Shown here one piece after another: positions 8,503 through 23,131 of a stretch of DNA of 64,000 nt. The first letter of the stretch is position 1; each line of letters starts with the position of its first letter. The position numbers and the translations under genes were made by a program. The stretch lies in the IMG/VR virus record IMGVR_UViG_3300027986_000009; one strand, given 5' to 3'. The stretch comes from an uncultured virus (IMG/VR IMGVR_UViG_3300027986_000009) (taxonomy: Duplodnaviria > Heunggongvirae > Uroviricota > Caudoviricetes). Below the pieces are notes generated by a model. It saw nothing but the letters and a program-made list of their open reading frames with translations. It did no database searches and was not told where the DNA came from.

Positions 8503-9485
8503 GGCCAGAGCGGTGCGACGGCCGCCTCTGCCTGCGTCTTGGCTTGTCCGCGCGTGAGCAGCGCATGACCGCCGGTGAAAGCCGCATCGATAGCAGCCAG
8601 CACCTGATCTCGCGTTGGAGCTGTCGTGGGCGCGGGTCCTGGTGGTGATGGCGGGGTCGGCGAAGGAACCGGAACGTTACCCCCCATCGAGTTGAAGTCT
8701 TGCAGGATGCTCACCCAGTCCACGCCGTTGGGCGCCTTCGAGGCGCCCTTCATGAGCTGATCGGGCGTCAGCATGACCCAAAGCTCACCTCCAGCCCCGG
8801 GCGAGCAGAGATGGGCGAGCGCCGCCTGTGTGAAAGTTCCAATCATCCCCCACGTGTCGATCCCAAGCCCACCTGACGCGTACTTTGCGGGGCTCATGAT
8901 GCAGTGGCCGTTGTTGGGATCGGGCGAGTCATCATCCCACGTGAAACCGCTCGCGCTCGGAAACGGGTTGACGTAGCTGTCCGGCAACTCGAGACCGAGA
9001 TAGAGGTTCTCGAAGAGCCAGCAGGCCGTCATGACCTCAGTCCAGTTCGTCGCATCGACAGCGAGGTAGCCGTAGAGCTTCGTGCCGTTCGCGAAACCGT
9101 TGCTGGTCCAATAGGCGAGCGCTGTCTGCAAATCGCAACCGTTGTCGGTCGATGGATCGCCCGGAACATAGCCACCGATCGCGGAATAATCCGAAACAAT
9201 TTGCGCCGAGCTCGCGTGAAAGAGGGTTCCCGAGTTGCCCGTCTCGACACCGACGACGTGGTAGCCGCCCGCGATGACGCAGTCACCGAGTGAGTCGTTG
9301 CCGTAGATATCCGACAGGACCGGCATCGCCGCGGGGGTGAAGTCGCACGACGTCGGGGGGCTCGGTAGCGCCATCCGCAGGTAGTTGCGGAGCTTCAAGT
9401 GCGGGTGGACGACGCGCGGGCGCTTGCGTCCGAACTTGATCTTGCGCCCTTTCTGCGGGCCGGCGGGGATGATGAACTCTTTCAT
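8499..9485 (-). CDS. Papain-like (C1-type) cysteine peptidase
   Basis: GNDSLGDCVIA (Cys), NGHCIM (His), DTWG; basic N-terminal propeptide-like region. Confidence 0.75.
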   Translation of the reverse strand: MKEFIIPAGPQKGRKIKFGRKRPRVVHPHLKLRNYLRMALPSPPTSCDFTPAAMPVLSDIYGNDSLGDCVIAGGYHVVGVETGNSGTLFHASSAQIVSDYSAIGGYVPGDPSTDNGCDLQTALAYWTSNGFANGTKLYGYLAVDATNWTEVMTACWLFENLYLGLELPDSYVNPFPSASGFTWDDDSPDPNNGHCIMSPAKYASGGLGIDTWGMIGTFTQAALAHLCSPGAGGELWVMLTPDQLMKGASKAPNGVDWVSILQDFNSMGGNVPVPSPTPPSPPGPAPTTAPTRDQVLAAIDAAFTGGHALLTRGQAKTQAEAAVAPLWP

Positions 9486-9514
9486 GGTCGATCTCCTTCA
9501 GAAAAAAAAGCCCC

Positions 9515-10171
9515 CTACTTCGCCGACTGCGCCGCCGTGATCTTTGCTGCCTTCGCGTTCGTCAGAAGCGTCGCGATGGCATCGGTCGAAAGCTGCGCGC
9601 GCACCGTGTTGAACTCGAGCAACCACGTCACCAGATCCGCCGCGATGGCGAGCTCGCCGTTGGTGCAATCCTTGGCAATCTGGCCGACGTCGGTCACGCC
9701 GTTGATGAGAACGTCGCGCGATACGCAGTTGACCTCACCGAGAACATCCGGTGGCAGGTTCGGAGGCGGAGCCGGAATCGAGCCACCACAACCGACGAGC
9801 AAAAGAACAGCGCCCGCGATCTTCATCGCTGTCTTCGCGGCCCGCGCCGCGAGCGTTCTCTTGGGCAGCTCGAAGTGGGCGGAAAGCGCGTTGTGGGTGA
9901 TGGCGCCCGTGCCGGAGCTGAGTAACGCAAAGAGTCCCGAGAAGAGGGCGTTGACGACCGCGAGCCCCGAAAGGTTGCCGGTAGAGCTGAGCGACTCGTA
10001 GATCGCGCCGAGAAAGGGAAGACCCACCCCGACGTAGGGAAGCCACGGCTGCGGCACCGTCACGAGGTTGAAAATCTTGCCGGAATTGTAGGCGTTGGTC
10101 GCGAAGGCGAGCAGAAACGCCAGGCTCATGATCACGATCGAAGCCGGAGTCAAACTCGTCAACGGATTCAT
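9515..10171 (-). CDS. Multi-TM holin-like protein with internal lipobox-like motif
   Basis: Three hydrophobic segments, then KIAGAVLLLVGC. Confidence 0.55.
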   Translation of the reverse strand: MNPLTSLTPASIVIMSLAFLLAFATNAYNSGKIFNLVTVPQPWLPYVGVGLPFLGAIYESLSSTGNLSGLAVVNALFSGLFALLSSGTGAITHNALSAHFELPKRTLAARAAKTAMKIAGAVLLLVGCGGSIPAPPPNLPPDVLGEVNCVSRDVLINGVTDVGQIAKDCTNGELAIAADLVTWLLEFNTVRAQLSTDAIATLLTNAKAAKITAAQSAK

Positions 10172-10359
10172 TTGTCTGCCTCTTTCCTTTTGGCGTGTGC
10201 GGCGTGACCGCCTTTGCGGCCCGCGATCTTTGCTTCCTCGGAGGTGAACTCGTGCGCGGTGCCGGCAGCATGCGATGCCTTGCCGCCCTTGCTGGCGATA
10301 CTTCGGACGATCTTCGGATCCATCGCAGCGAAACCTTTGCGTTTCTTTTCTTCGCTCAC
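10168..10359 (-). CDS. KGG-repeat stress-induced protein (YciG/GsiB/Con-10-like)
   Basis: GFAAMDP...IASKGGKASH..GTAHEFTSEEAKIAGRKGG. Confidence 0.9.
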   Translation of the reverse strand: MSEEKKRKGFAAMDPKIVRSIASKGGKASHAAGTAHEFTSEEAKIAGRKGGHAAHAKRKEADK

Positions 10360-10751
10360 GAGACCTCCCAACCGATGACGTCGAGCTCGTTCATCGTGAA
10401 GACGCGCGGGAAGCCGAGCACCTTGATCTGCTGAAGCTCGACGACGCCCCACCTTCCAATGACGAGCCGGTCGCCCTCCCGGATGCCGGTATCGATGCGA
10501 CGACTGCCGTCTCTGCTCCACGGGCCGGGACCTCGCTTCAGTACCGTCGCGCCGAAGAGAGGGTGCTTTTTCTCCTTGGCATCGTCGCGATACATCTCGG
10601 GGATGATGATCCCGCCCTTGCTGCGGTCGGCGACGGGATCGCGCATGAGCACAATCACGCCGTGGAGTGGATGGAAGCGGCGAAGAAAGTCGCGTAGCTC
10701 GGGCTTGTCAGAGAGCAGCTCTCCGAGACGATCCGCGGACGTGGTCGACAT
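10356..10751 (-). CDS. groES: Co-chaperonin GroES/Cpn10 homolog
   Basis: FHPLHGVIV..SKGGIIIP..GATVLKRGPG..IREGDRLV..NELDVIG. Confidence 0.85.
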   Translation of the reverse strand: MSTTSADRLGELLSDKPELRDFLRRFHPLHGVIVLMRDPVADRSKGGIIIPEMYRDDAKEKKHPLFGATVLKRGPGPWSRDGSRRIDTGIREGDRLVIGRWGVVELQQIKVLGFPRVFTMNELDVIGWEVS

Positions 10752-10758
10752 TGCCTCA

Positions 10759-15894
<5,136 letters not shown>

Positions 15895-15898
15895 GGGC

Positions 15899-16519
15899 TT
15901 ATCGATGGGTCATGCGCCGATGAACAGACCTCAGATGCCTCTTGCCGCCGCCCTTGGCGTAATAGGCCCACCCGGCGATGCCGGCTGCCGCGACGAGCGC
16001 GCCACCGATGATCCAGGGGTTCATGCTGGACGTCGTCACGGTGGTCGTCTGACTCGGGTTCACCGGCGTAGGAGACGGCGAAGGCTTGGGAGGCGTCACC
16101 CCACCCCCACCTCCGGCCGCTCCGCAGACGGATGCGGGCGCGTTGCCGCCGATGGCGGCGTGCTGGTTGCCGTTGGTGTCCGTCCACGAATAGTTGAGCG
16201 CGTTGGCGAGAGCGCCAGCTGTCTGCGGACCGTACTTTCCGTCGACCGTGATGGGGTTTGACTGGCCGGGTGTGCTCGCGTTCCAGGCCGCCTGAAAGTT
16301 CTGCGTGATGCCGTCCTGGACGCAGGCCGAGGGCGGGTTCGCCTGAAGCGTCTGCGCCTGGTTCTGCATCGTCAGATCGGCGTTGTCGCTGCTCACGTCG
16401 CCGAGGCCGATCCGATTGCTTCGCACCGGCATCGTCCGCGCAAGCTTTGCGTGGCTCACGGGCGCGTAGCCCATGTTGTAGCGCCGACCGCGCGGCGTGA
16501 TGATGGAGTGCGAATTCAT
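15899..16519 (-). CDS. Membrane-anchored protein with peptidoglycan-binding domain
   Basis: NFQAAWN...ITVDGKYGPQTAGAL; C-terminal TM and basic tail; start at ATGA overlap. Confidence 0.8.
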   Translation of the reverse strand: MNSHSIITPRGRRYNMGYAPVSHAKLARTMPVRSNRIGLGDVSSDNADLTMQNQAQTLQANPPSACVQDGITQNFQAAWNASTPGQSNPITVDGKYGPQTAGALANALNYSWTDTNGNQHAAIGGNAPASVCGAAGGGGGVTPPKPSPSPTPVNPSQTTTVTTSSMNPWIIGGALVAAAGIAGWAYYAKGGGKRHLRSVHRRMTHR

Positions 16520-16965
16520 GGCTTCCTCGGATGGGGGTTGTGCGCAGGAAGACGTCGGCGCCGCGCTTCGCCAGCATTCAGGGGATTGTGCTTCTTTTTC
16601 CGACTCTCCCCTACGATACCACTTCCCTTGATGAGGTACCCGCCTACCCCTCCAATGGCCAGTGCACCGAGGGCGACGAGAGCGGCAACTTTTGCGTCCA
16701 CCATGAGGGACGCCGGCTGGGCCGAGGGAGCTGGAGACGGCGCGGGCTGAGGTTGCTGCTGGCAGGCGAGGAGCTGCTGCTCGAGGGTCGCCACCTGAGG
16801 ACCGGCCTGGGTGATGTCGGCCGCGAGCGCGACGGCTGCCGTCTGGATCTGCTGGATCCCCGAGGCGTCCAGACTGCCTGCTGCCGCCGCTGCGGTGAGC
16901 GCCGTGAGGATGCTCTGGATCTGGGTCTGCGCGTCGGCGAGTGTGCTGTCGAGCGGGGTTGCCAT
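16516..16965 (-). CDS. Coiled-coil membrane protein
   Basis: A/Q-rich helix, TM, basic tail. Confidence 0.75.
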   Translation of the reverse strand: MATPLDSTLADAQTQIQSILTALTAAAAAGSLDASGIQQIQTAAVALAADITQAGPQVATLEQQLLACQQQPQPAPSPAPSAQPASLMVDAKVAALVALGALAIGGVGGYLIKGSGIVGESRKKKHNPLNAGEARRRRLPAHNPHPRKP

Positions 16966-16967
16966 CG

Positions 16968-17612
16968 TCAGGCTCCTGCGGCGGCGGCCACAAGCACCGC
17001 GAAGGTGGGGTAGTCGAGGTTGCCCGTCGTCGTCAGCGTCACCCCGCTGTTCTGCGCGTTGACGTACTGCTGGAAGATGGAGAGGGACGTGGCGAAATTG
17101 CTGGCCCCGACCGAGTAGGAGAGGTTCGGGATCTGCCTTTTGGCGGAAACAGTGGCGAGCATCGCTTGAGCGCTCGCGACAAGGGCCGGGTTACTGACGA
17201 TGCCGGTCGTAGCCACCCCGGGCGTCGCCACGAGAACCGCCGTAGAAACGGAACCGGCGTTCGATCCGGCGGGAGTCCACGCGGCGTCGAAGACAGACAG
17301 GCCGTCGGAGACGACGATCGAAACGGGAGTAGAGGTACCCTGCGGGGTCGCGACGGTGCTCATCCCGCCACCGAAGATGAGCGCCGCGGAGCTCGATGCC
17401 CAGGTGGCGCCCGCGGGCGGAGCGATCGTGAGCGTGCTCCCCGAAGCTGCCGTCACGGACTGAACCCCCGGCTGCAGAACGACCCCGGGGGCAGATGCCG
17501 CGGAAGCGTTCCTATTGAAGAGCCAATAACCTCCGGCCGCGAGCGCGGCGCCTCCGAAGAACCATGCCCACAAATGGCTCTCTCTTGTCCGTCTTGACAT
17601 CAGCGCACCCAC
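16968..17612 (-). CDS. N-anchored membrane protein with C-terminal PG-binding-like domain
   Basis: TM near N-terminus; SIFQQY..LTTTGNLDYPT. Confidence 0.7.
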   Translation of the reverse strand: MGALMSRRTRESHLWAWFFGGAALAAGGYWLFNRNASAASAPGVVLQPGVQSVTAASGSTLTIAPPAGATWASSSAALIFGGGMSTVATPQGTSTPVSIVVSDGLSVFDAAWTPAGSNAGSVSTAVLVATPGVATTGIVSNPALVASAQAMLATVSAKRQIPNLSYSVGASNFATSLSIFQQYVNAQNSGVTLTTTGNLDYPTFAVLVAAAAGA

Positions 17613-18478
17613 TCGGCGTCGATCATGCCGCCTACGCGCCAGTAGCCCACGGGGGTGTCCGTAGTGGAGAAGTTGAGTAGAAAAGTCTCCTCCGGCATCC
17701 CATCTAGGTTAGCGGGCGTTACACCTGAGAGCTTGCGACCGGAACTCGATTGCAGCACCGATGCGAAAAACACGACGTGACACGGACCGTCCACGAGCAG
17801 ATGCAGAATGTTGCTCGAGTGCACTTCGTCCCAGGGAAAGCGCAGATCGTGGATGGTCGGCAGAAGCGGCGTACCGTAGGGAAAGCCGCCGTTCGGCGGC
17901 GTGTAACTCGTCAGGTTGACGTAGAAATCAGGACGACCGAACGGGTCGACGTGCGCCGCTGGGAAGGTTGCCGCCTCGTAGAGAAGAGCCCCGGCGCCGC
18001 TCGGAAGGGCGTTCCGGTAGATGAAGTTGTCGGCGTTGGTGGGCTTCAGCGTCGACTTGCCGCGGAACGGCACGCGCATCAGATGCCAGGAAACGTTGCC
18101 GTCCACGAACTTCCAATTTTTCGTGGTGACCGGAAGCACCACCGGATAGGCGCTGAGACCGGACTGGGCTTGCGCGAGACCGATCTCGAGGAGCTGACGG
18201 ACACCCTTGATGCAAACGCGCTCGCTCGTGCTGACGGTCAAGCTGGCGAGCTGAAAGAGGTAGCGCGTCGGAAGTGTTGCGCCTTCGACGATGGGTACGA
18301 GCGGCGGAACTCGGAGACCCGTGGAGTCGAGGCTGGCGAAGGGGTCGGTCGTCAGCCCCTGGGTGAACTCGTCGATGCCTGTCGAGGCGGACTCGGCACG
18401 CGGAAAGGCGCTATCTCCGGACAGCTTGGAGCCGGAGAAGCGCGCGGCGAGGCGATCGAGGATTTCGTTCGTGTCCAT
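17600..18478 (-). CDS. Putative minor capsid / vertex protein
   Basis: Beta-rich 292 aa downstream of putative capsid genes; function inferred from context. Confidence 0.5.
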   Translation of the reverse strand: MDTNEILDRLAARFSGSKLSGDSAFPRAESASTGIDEFTQGLTTDPFASLDSTGLRVPPLVPIVEGATLPTRYLFQLASLTVSTSERVCIKGVRQLLEIGLAQAQSGLSAYPVVLPVTTKNWKFVDGNVSWHLMRVPFRGKSTLKPTNADNFIYRNALPSGAGALLYEAATFPAAHVDPFGRPDFYVNLTSYTPPNGGFPYGTPLLPTIHDLRFPWDEVHSSNILHLLVDGPCHVVFFASVLQSSSGRKLSGVTPANLDGMPEETFLLNFSTTDTPVGYWRVGGMIDAEWVR

Positions 18479-18503
18479 GGGGTTCAGTGTAGCGACGGCC
18501 TCC

Positions 18504-19133
18504 TCAGTACGAATCTCTCATGCTCCGAGCTTCCTTGATCATGTCCCCGTTGACGCCCAGCGCCGTCAGCCGCGCGTACACCGCATCGATCCCCATCGAG
18601 TCGATGTCGCTGCAGATGTACTGCCACCCGCGGAAGGTGGCCGTGATCGTCACCGGCGCGTTTGGAAGCGTCACGAGCGGCACGAACCGCATGTGCACGC
18701 CGTTGCTGCGCAGAAGCAGCCAGCCACACGGCCACGCCTGACCAATGAAATCGGCCGCCGAAGTCAGCGGCGTCACGGCCTGCGCGACGTCGTACCTCGG
18801 CGATCCGAGGATCTTGATCTCGACGCCGATCCCCGACGTCTTGTTGTAGAAGAACTGATAGAGCGACTGGAAAACGTTTCCGGCGAATGCCGACGGAACT
18901 TGGACGTCGAACGCCAGATCGTTGATCCAGGTGTCGGCGCCGAGGATGGTCGCATCCATGTCGCCTTCGGCCTGCTGCTGTGTCGTCGTCTCGAACGTGG
19001 CCTGCACGTTGAAGAGGAACGGCGCCTTTACGGCTCCCGTCAGCTCCGCGAGAGCACTGCGGGGCGAGAGGGCGGCCATTCGCGCGATTCTGTCTTGGCG
19101 GGCGCCACCGTCCGCACCGAGCACTCCGAGCAT
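18504..19133 (-). CDS. Putative single jelly-roll minor capsid/penton protein
   Basis: RBS AAGGAG; alternating beta strands ending VTITATFRGWQY. Confidence 0.5.
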   Translation of the reverse strand: MLGVLGADGGARQDRIARMAALSPRSALAELTGAVKAPFLFNVQATFETTTQQQAEGDMDATILGADTWINDLAFDVQVPSAFAGNVFQSLYQFFYNKTSGIGVEIKILGSPRYDVAQAVTPLTSAADFIGQAWPCGWLLLRSNGVHMRFVPLVTLPNAPVTITATFRGWQYICSDIDSMGIDAVYARLTALGVNGDMIKEARSMRDSY

Positions 19134-19157
19134 GGGGGAATCTCCTTCTTGATTTGG

Positions 19158-19208
19158 AAAAACAACAAGGGCGCCATCGACGGCGCTATGGCCCCGACAG
19201 CGCCCTTG
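19158..19208 (-). terminator. Intrinsic terminator after putative MCP
   Basis: CAAGGGCGCTGTCG...CGATGGCGCCCTTG then TTGTTTTT. Confidence 0.75.
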
Positions 19209-19230
19209 CTTTATCTCGCTTCGCTTCGAA

Positions 19231-20508
19231 TCAGACCGCGATCTGAAGCCCGCACTGGTTGAGCAGGTTGCACTTGAGCTGCGGGTCGCTGCAGATCTGC
19301 TGCATCAGCTCGTCGGTGAACTCGTAGCCCTTGATGATCATCGAGAGGCTGAGGTTGCCGCCCTTGTAGCCGGCGCGGCAGGTCTGCGTCAGTGACGGCG
19401 CCGTCACCGGCGTCGTATCGAGGCTGACCTCGGGGCCGGAGCCCGCGACGTTGAAGCCGACCGAGATGTTCTGGTCCGGCTGGATCTGCGGGGGGATGAC
19501 GCCGGTGCCGGCGCCCGGCGTGGAGCCCGCGGCGCTCATCAGCGCAACGAGCATCTGCTGATGGACGACGTCCGACAGCGTCAGCTTGAGGCCGATGGGC
19601 GTGCCCGTCGGGATGCAGTACGGCGAACCGAGCATCCGGTAGGGCTGGTTGCGGTAGTTCTCCTGCAAGGAGAGACCACCGTAGGTGACCGGCGCCAGCG
19701 CATAGTCCGCGCTCGGCCGGAACGTATCCTCTTCCGCTCCTTCGAAGCCGAAGAGACCCATGCGGATGTGGTCGACGGGGAGGAAGATCCCGCCGGTGCC
19801 CTTGGCGCGGTAGCGGTCGTTGACCCGCCGCGCGAAGTCGATGACCGGCACCTGCGAGCTCGAAGCCCCCACCTTGTCGGCGAAGCTTCCGAAGTGCGCC
19901 ACGTAGCGCGCGCTCTCACGGAGCAGGTCGTAGCGGTTCCGAACGACCCACTCGAAGGTGTACGCCTCGATGAGCTCCCAGGCCGCGTACTGCATCGGCC
20001 AGCCCCACGAGAGGTTCGCGGGGACCATCGCCTGCCCAGGCACCAGGCCCAGCGCGCTAAGGGTGGCGTTGTTCGAGAAGACGTCGGGGCTCATCGGCCC
20101 GAAGACGCCCACGGTGGGGACCGGCGAGAGCGAGTTGCCGATCGTGGTGAAGCAGATCGGCTCCGCGAAGACGTGGAAACCGACGGCGACCACCGCGATA
20201 GCGCTCTGCAGGATGCCTGGGTGCACAAACGTCGACTGCGTCTGGTCGGCGTTGGCGCTCGAGGGATCGTTGAAGAAGTCGAGTTCCGGACCGAACGCTT
20301 CGACGGCTTCGATCTGCGTGAGCACGCCGTCGTAGTCGAGCGTCGTGTGCTCGAGGACGGGGATCGTGGTCACCGGGCTGTTCAGGGCGTCGGCGATGAG
20401 ATCCTGCGCCGCACCGACGGAGGTGATGTCGGCACCGAGGCCGAGCTTTCGCCACGGATCGTCCTTCTTGAAGGAGATCTGCTTGGTACCGAGTCTCTTC
20501 TGAGCCAT
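19231..20508 (-). CDS. Putative major capsid protein (non-HK97, possibly jelly-roll)
   Basis: 425 aa, beta-rich, strongly biased codons, followed by terminator; fold not verified. Confidence 0.55.
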   Translation of the reverse strand: MAQKRLGTKQISFKKDDPWRKLGLGADITSVGAAQDLIADALNSPVTTIPVLEHTTLDYDGVLTQIEAVEAFGPELDFFNDPSSANADQTQSTFVHPGILQSAIAVVAVGFHVFAEPICFTTIGNSLSPVPTVGVFGPMSPDVFSNNATLSALGLVPGQAMVPANLSWGWPMQYAAWELIEAYTFEWVVRNRYDLLRESARYVAHFGSFADKVGASSSQVPVIDFARRVNDRYRAKGTGGIFLPVDHIRMGLFGFEGAEEDTFRPSADYALAPVTYGGLSLQENYRNQPYRMLGSPYCIPTGTPIGLKLTLSDVVHQQMLVALMSAAGSTPGAGTGVIPPQIQPDQNISVGFNVAGSGPEVSLDTTPVTAPSLTQTCRAGYKGGNLSLSMIIKGYEFTDELMQQICSDPQLKCNLLNQCGLQIAV

Positions 20509-20579
20509 TTGATTTCGTCTCTTTCTTCGGGGAGCCGGCGGATATAATCAGACCCGGCTCGGCGGAGGTTGTGTGAGGG

Positions 20580-22109
20580 TTAGGCGACGCGCTTGCTACG
20601 CCACGAAGGCGTACCGAGAACGACCTTGGGGATCGGCGAGGGCCGGAAGTTCGGTACGGACGCAGGCGGCAAACCTGCAGCACGCGTCGGATTCGCCTGA
20701 GGAGGCACGCTGGTGTTGGCCGTGACGCCCGGAGCGATCGGATCCTGTCTCGGCCTTGCCGAGTTGGTGCAGGGCAGGCCCGAGGCGCAGTTGGCGCAGC
20801 AGCCGCCGATGCGCCGGCCGACTTGCTGGGGGATGCCCTGCAAGGCGATCGGAGCGATGGCCGGAAGCACCTGGTTGGTGCTGGTGGACGCGGTCTTCGC
20901 CGCGTTGGATGCGCTGATCTCGTCGGCGTAGAGGCGCATGCCGGTCGCGCCCTTGCCGGTGAGCATGACCATGAGGTCCGTGGCTCCCTTGCCGAGCGTG
21001 CGGAGCAGCGCGCCGATGCCGAAGAACTGCAGCGACGATCGCGCCATCGGGCCCTTGACGAAGCCCGCGAGGATGATGGGTACCGCAGCGACGCCGAGGC
21101 CCGCACCCCAACGCTTGATGCCCATCGGGGCCGCAACCGCCTGGTAGTTGTACACCTGGCCGGCAGCCGGAGTGTCGAGCGAGCCGCCCTGATTGCCCGC
21201 TGTAGCGGAGCCTCCCAGGGCGTGCGTCGCGAGGAAGCGATCCAGTACGTCGGCTCCGACGTAGCCGAGGACGCCCGTGATGCCTCCGACGACGAGCTCG
21301 CCGCCCGTCAGCGGATTCTCGAGGGCGCGCCCTCGGCGCCGACGCGGAGAAACGAGCGTCACCCGACGTCGCTTGCCAGCGATCCGGCGCGTTCGGCGGC
21401 GAACGCGCGGCCTGCGACGGTAGATGTGCGTGCCGCGCGGATCGCGCGCCCGGCTGCGCCGACGGCGCCTGCGGGGAGCCGCCGCGCGCGCCCGACGACG
21501 CCTTCGGCGGGGAGCTTCGACCGCGCGCGCCCGACGCCGACGCCGACGCGGAGCTACCGTTCGCCGCGCCCGACGCCTTCGACGCTTCGGTGCCTCCACC
21601 GCGCGCGCCCGACGCCGACGATGGCGACGCACCTTGCGCGGCGCTTCCGCCGCCATGGCGCGCGCCCGACGCCGACGCCGATGCGACGACCGCTTCACGA
21701 ACTTCCCGCCCGGCCCTCGCTTGGGCATCCGACGCTTTCGAGCCATCTTCGTTGTCTCCTTCGCTGCGGTCACACCGCGGAAATACGTCTTGTGACGCCC
21801 TGCCTTGCGTGCACGTTTCCAAGCGACGCCAGCGCAATAGCTCTTGCGTCGTTTGCCCTTGAACTTTTTCGGAGCCGAGCGCTCGCAATCGCGCTCGTAG
21901 CGATCGAGATCGCGCTTGAGCGACTTCGACCCGGGCGCACCCTTGCGCACCGCGATGCCCTTGCTACGCCGCCGTCGAGCGCCTTCGTAGACGACCCGGG
22001 CCGAAGCCGCATGGTTGTCCCGATTTGCGCTCGTTCTCGACGCGTAGGCGGCATAGTCCATCTCGAGTTGAGACCTCCCGGCGGAGACCTCCTCGACGGA
22101 CTTGCGCAA
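20580..22109 (-). CDS. Arg-rich protamine-like protein fused to membrane domain
   Basis: RRRRRRARAVEAP repeats, three hydrophobic helices, CCANC cluster; alternative start at 21746 with AAGGAG. Confidence 0.85.
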   Translation of the reverse strand: MRKSVEEVSAGRSQLEMDYAAYASRTSANRDNHAASARVVYEGARRRRSKGIAVRKGAPGSKSLKRDLDRYERDCERSAPKKFKGKRRKSYCAGVAWKRARKAGRHKTYFRGVTAAKETTKMARKRRMPKRGPGGKFVKRSSHRRRRRARAMAAEAPRKVRRHRRRRARAVEAPKRRRRRARRTVAPRRRRRRARAVEAPRRRRRRARAAAPRRRRRRSRARDPRGTHIYRRRPRVRRRTRRIAGKRRRVTLVSPRRRRGRALENPLTGGELVVGGITGVLGYVGADVLDRFLATHALGGSATAGNQGGSLDTPAAGQVYNYQAVAAPMGIKRWGAGLGVAAVPIILAGFVKGPMARSSLQFFGIGALLRTLGKGATDLMVMLTGKGATGMRLYADEISASNAAKTASTSTNQVLPAIAPIALQGIPQQVGRRIGGCCANCASGLPCTNSARPRQDPIAPGVTANTSVPPQANPTRAAGLPPASVPNFRPSPIPKVVLGTPSWRSKRVA

Positions 22110-22175
22110 TGCAGAGTCTACATGGCTTTGCGGTTGTGTCTAGGATAGTCTTGACAAGAGCAAGGAGCGCACATC

Positions 22176-22841
22176 ATGGCGGATTCAGGTTGGGGCGCAG
22201 GCGCAGTTGGAGCGTTCGGCGCCATGATTGGCAGCGTGGTGGGCGCAGGTGTCGCCGGGGCTGCGCTGCAAAGTAAGAAGTTCCGGCACGTTAGCTCGGA
22301 CCATCGACAGCGCGCGCTGCTTTTGACGACGGCGGGAACGGGCGTCCTTGGCGCGCTCGCCTCGGTCAAGCTCGCGCTCGACAACGGTGTCGGGTGTCCG
22401 CCTTGTCCGGCCGGCACAACGCGTCAACTACCGGCTTCGACGACGACGCCGAGTCCGACACCGGGGACGCCACCGGCCGCAGGATCGACGGCGAACTCGT
22501 GGGAGGGTGGAGCGACCGCAGCGTTCGGCGCGATCGTCGGCGGAGTGCTCGGCGGTGCTGCTACAGCAGCCGCTTTGAGCTCGAAGCAATTTCGGCGCAC
22601 AAGCTCTGGCAATCGCCAGCGTTCGCTGGTGCTCGCGTCCGCGGGCGGCACCGTGCTCGGCGCTCTCTTCGGCGGCAAAGCGGCGGCCGACATGGGGATG
22701 GGGTGCGGAACATGTGCTCCGAGTGGAGCGCCAACGAACACTGTGCCGGTGCAGTTGCCGTCGCCGAACGTGCTGCCGCAAGTGCTTCCGACACCGCAGG
22801 TGATTCCGCAGCCGCCGAGTCCGCAGGCGCCGACGACCTAG
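22176..22841 (+). CDS. Membrane protein with internal tandem duplication
   Basis: Two copies of W.GA.AFGA..G...SK.FR..SS..RQR.L.L..AG..VLGAL....D.G.GC..C. Confidence 0.75.
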   Translation: MADSGWGAGAVGAFGAMIGSVVGAGVAGAALQSKKFRHVSSDHRQRALLLTTAGTGVLGALASVKLALDNGVGCPPCPAGTTRQLPASTTTPSPTPGTPPAAGSTANSWEGGATAAFGAIVGGVLGGAATAAALSSKQFRRTSSGNRQRSLVLASAGGTVLGALFGGKAAADMGMGCGTCAPSGAPTNTVPVQLPSPNVLPQVLPTPQVIPQPPSPQAPTT

Positions 22842-23131
22842 TAGTGAAACTCAGGCAAATCTACCGTCTGACCTAGCAAATCGTGTGAGCAGTCGTCGCC
22901 GTAGCTGATCTTGCCGTCTGTCAGCATGAGGTGACATCGGCGTTGCTTTGGGTCGACGTGGTTCTCGCACGTGTTTAGTAGCGACGGCGTGAACGAGGGC
23001 TTTTCCTCGTTGCCGTTGAAATTCCAGGTAGTGGGACCTGCAGTGAAAAAGACGTGAGCGTGATCGCATCCGGGGCAGTAGAAGGCCCAACCGATGCGTT
23101 TACCATCCTCGCCAACAGGTCTGAGTTTCAT
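22838..23131 (-). CDS. Cys/His protein, DUF6527-like
   Basis: CPGC..H..WNFNG...PSFTPSLL...RCH..TDG.I..DC.H.L.GQTVDLP. Confidence 0.6.
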   Translation of the reverse strand: MKLRPVGEDGKRIGWAFYCPGCDHAHVFFTAGPTTWNFNGNEEKPSFTPSLLNTCENHVDPKQRRCHLMLTDGKISYGDDCSHDLLGQTVDLPEFHY

